DNA of 64,000 bases from Tetramitus jugosus. Its lineage: Eukaryota; Protista; Heterolobosea. The DNA is taken from contig OW569350.1 in the NCBI GenBank assembly GCA_937625935.1, positions 1 through 64,000 on the forward strand, in the 5' to 3' direction. The notes below the pieces were generated by a model, which saw nothing but the letters and a program-made list of their open reading frames with translations, was not told the origin of the DNA and did not search any database. This document shows positions 62,780 to 64,000 of the stretch, piece after piece (position 1 is the first letter of the stretch; every line of letters starts with the position of its first letter). Both the position numbers and the translations under genes were made by a program.

Positions 62780-63673
62780 ATGAAACAATTATCTCAAAAC
62801 TTGACAAACGAGGCGATGCGACAAGTCAAGTCCCTTCCTCCAAGCATGACCAATGATATAATGTGCGGAGTAAGAGGATTCTGGATTGCAGCATCGAGCA
62901 TGTACAAGAATGTGATGAGTGATAGCCCTGCGCATACACGTGTTCGAGCTCAACTAAAGAATTATGTTCGAGGAACATTGCCTCTCATTCTCACCATGTA
63001 CGGCCTACTCATTGCTCTCTGTATCGCAATGTTCCCAGTGTTCCTGGGAATGTTGCTCATCACTCCTGGAATTGCTTGGTCTCTGTTTGCTACGATTCCC
63101 CTGTGGTCGCTCAACATTTACAAGCGACTTCATCCAAAGGACTCTGGTAACTTGTTCATTGAGGAATTGAAGACTGTGAATCCTTCATTGGCCAAGCAAA
63201 TGTCAGATCGAATCGCTGCTCCGTTTAATGAACTACCCAGTAGTCGACGCAAACCATTCTTCCTGGTGCGCTTGTACCATGCCCTTCGAACCAGTTTGAA
63301 GCGATCATCTCACTTTACAAGTTGGTCATTCATGCTCTTCCTCATCAGCTTTATACCCATCGTGGGCAGCATCGTTACAGTGATTGGTCAGACTTACTTG
63401 GTCAGTGAGAGTCTTGGTGCTCAGTTGATGGAAGTGTACACAAAGGACTATCAGAGATGGGATCACAGTAAGAGAGAGGAGTGGCGCAAGGATCACAGAT
63501 GGGAGCTCTTTGGATTCTCTCTGCCGTTTACACTATTGTTGTCCGTTCCGTTCGTTGGACCATTTCTGCTCGCGTTTGCACAAGCCGGAGCTGCAGATCT
63601 ATTCCAGCAAGTTATTATCAAGCGAGACCAAGAGAAACAAGCCAGAGAGTACGTTCAGCAAAGCAATCCTTAG
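62780..63673 (+). CDS. EI24/CysZ-like multi-pass membrane protein
   Basis: SFIPIVG, LFGF..PF..L.SVPFVGP....AQAGAA. Confidence 0.7.
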   Translation: MKQLSQNLTNEAMRQVKSLPPSMTNDIMCGVRGFWIAASSMYKNVMSDSPAHTRVRAQLKNYVRGTLPLILTMYGLLIALCIAMFPVFLGMLLITPGIAWSLFATIPLWSLNIYKRLHPKDSGNLFIEELKTVNPSLAKQMSDRIAAPFNELPSSRRKPFFLVRLYHALRTSLKRSSHFTSWSFMLFLISFIPIVGSIVTVIGQTYLVSESLGAQLMEVYTKDYQRWDHSKREEWRKDHRWELFGFSLPFTLLLSVPFVGPFLLAFAQAGAADLFQQVIIKRDQEKQAREYVQQSNP

Positions 63674-63724
63674 GATTAATAATTGCGATGGCGTAATAAA
63701 ACTTCCCACCGAAATTCAAAACTT

Positions 63725-63806
63725 TGCATGCGGTGAGATTTGAACTCACGCATCCGGAGATATCCGAACTTGAGTCGGACGCCTTAGACCACTCGGCCAC
63801 GCATGC
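63725..63806 (-). tRNA. tRNA-Leu(CAA), intronless
   Basis: Acceptor stem GCATGCG/CGCATGC plus A73; D-arm TGGCCGAGTGGTCTAAGGC; anticodon arm TCCGA-CTCAAGT-TCGGA; long variable arm; T-loop GTTCAAAT; downstream TTTT. Confidence 0.96.
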
Positions 63807-64000
63807 TGGATATTTGTGATATTCTCATTTTCGTATTTTTATTAAAAGTATTCAAAAAATTTTGTGTCTGTGTCGTTGTTGCAACTGTCGTCCAAAGAGC
63901 GAAGATTGTCTTCATTGACTTCTCTCCTTGCACATCACCACTATCAAAATGAAACGAACTGGCAACAGATGGAGTTTAACATTAATGTTAAAACTCCGTG

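Noticed and set aside
57409-63806. Functional link between ADAT1 and the nearby tRNA gene
   Set aside because: ADAT1 edits A37 of tRNA-Ala, whereas the tRNA here is Leu(CAA); proximity is likely coincidental.

Overview
Left end of a chromosome from a compact, intron-poor eukaryotic genome using the standard genetic code. The DUF4116 repeats, GPS-7TM-RGS, PAS-cyclase and N/Q/S low-complexity tracts suggest a heterolobosean (Naegleria-like) amoeboflagellate; this is inference. The window opens with ~900 bp of (CCCAAA)n telomere (TTTGGG on the G-strand). A short ~1.7 kb subtelomere follows, containing palindromic and telomere-derived inverted repeats. Then come ~31 tightly packed protein-coding genes (six spliceosomal introns resolved), one clear frameshifted pseudogene, an LRR relic, a possible third relic, and a tRNA-Leu(CAA). 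The most interesting signals are: a recurrent sense-strand YCGCAAA element upstream of at least 8 genes; a canonical E2F site before the DNAJC9-like gene; a myristoylated heme-PAS adenylyl cyclase; an ARM-RhoGEF-RabGAP fusion; a telomere-proximal Zn-finger/NLS/ankyrin/DUF4116 mosaic protein with recent internal duplications; a stand-alone condensin CAP-G C-terminal domain; and a peroxisomal 2-hydroxy-acid oxidase with lactate-oxidase-type residues. No single multi-gene 'new system' is demonstrable from the sequence alone. All family calls are by eye from motifs, without database searches.
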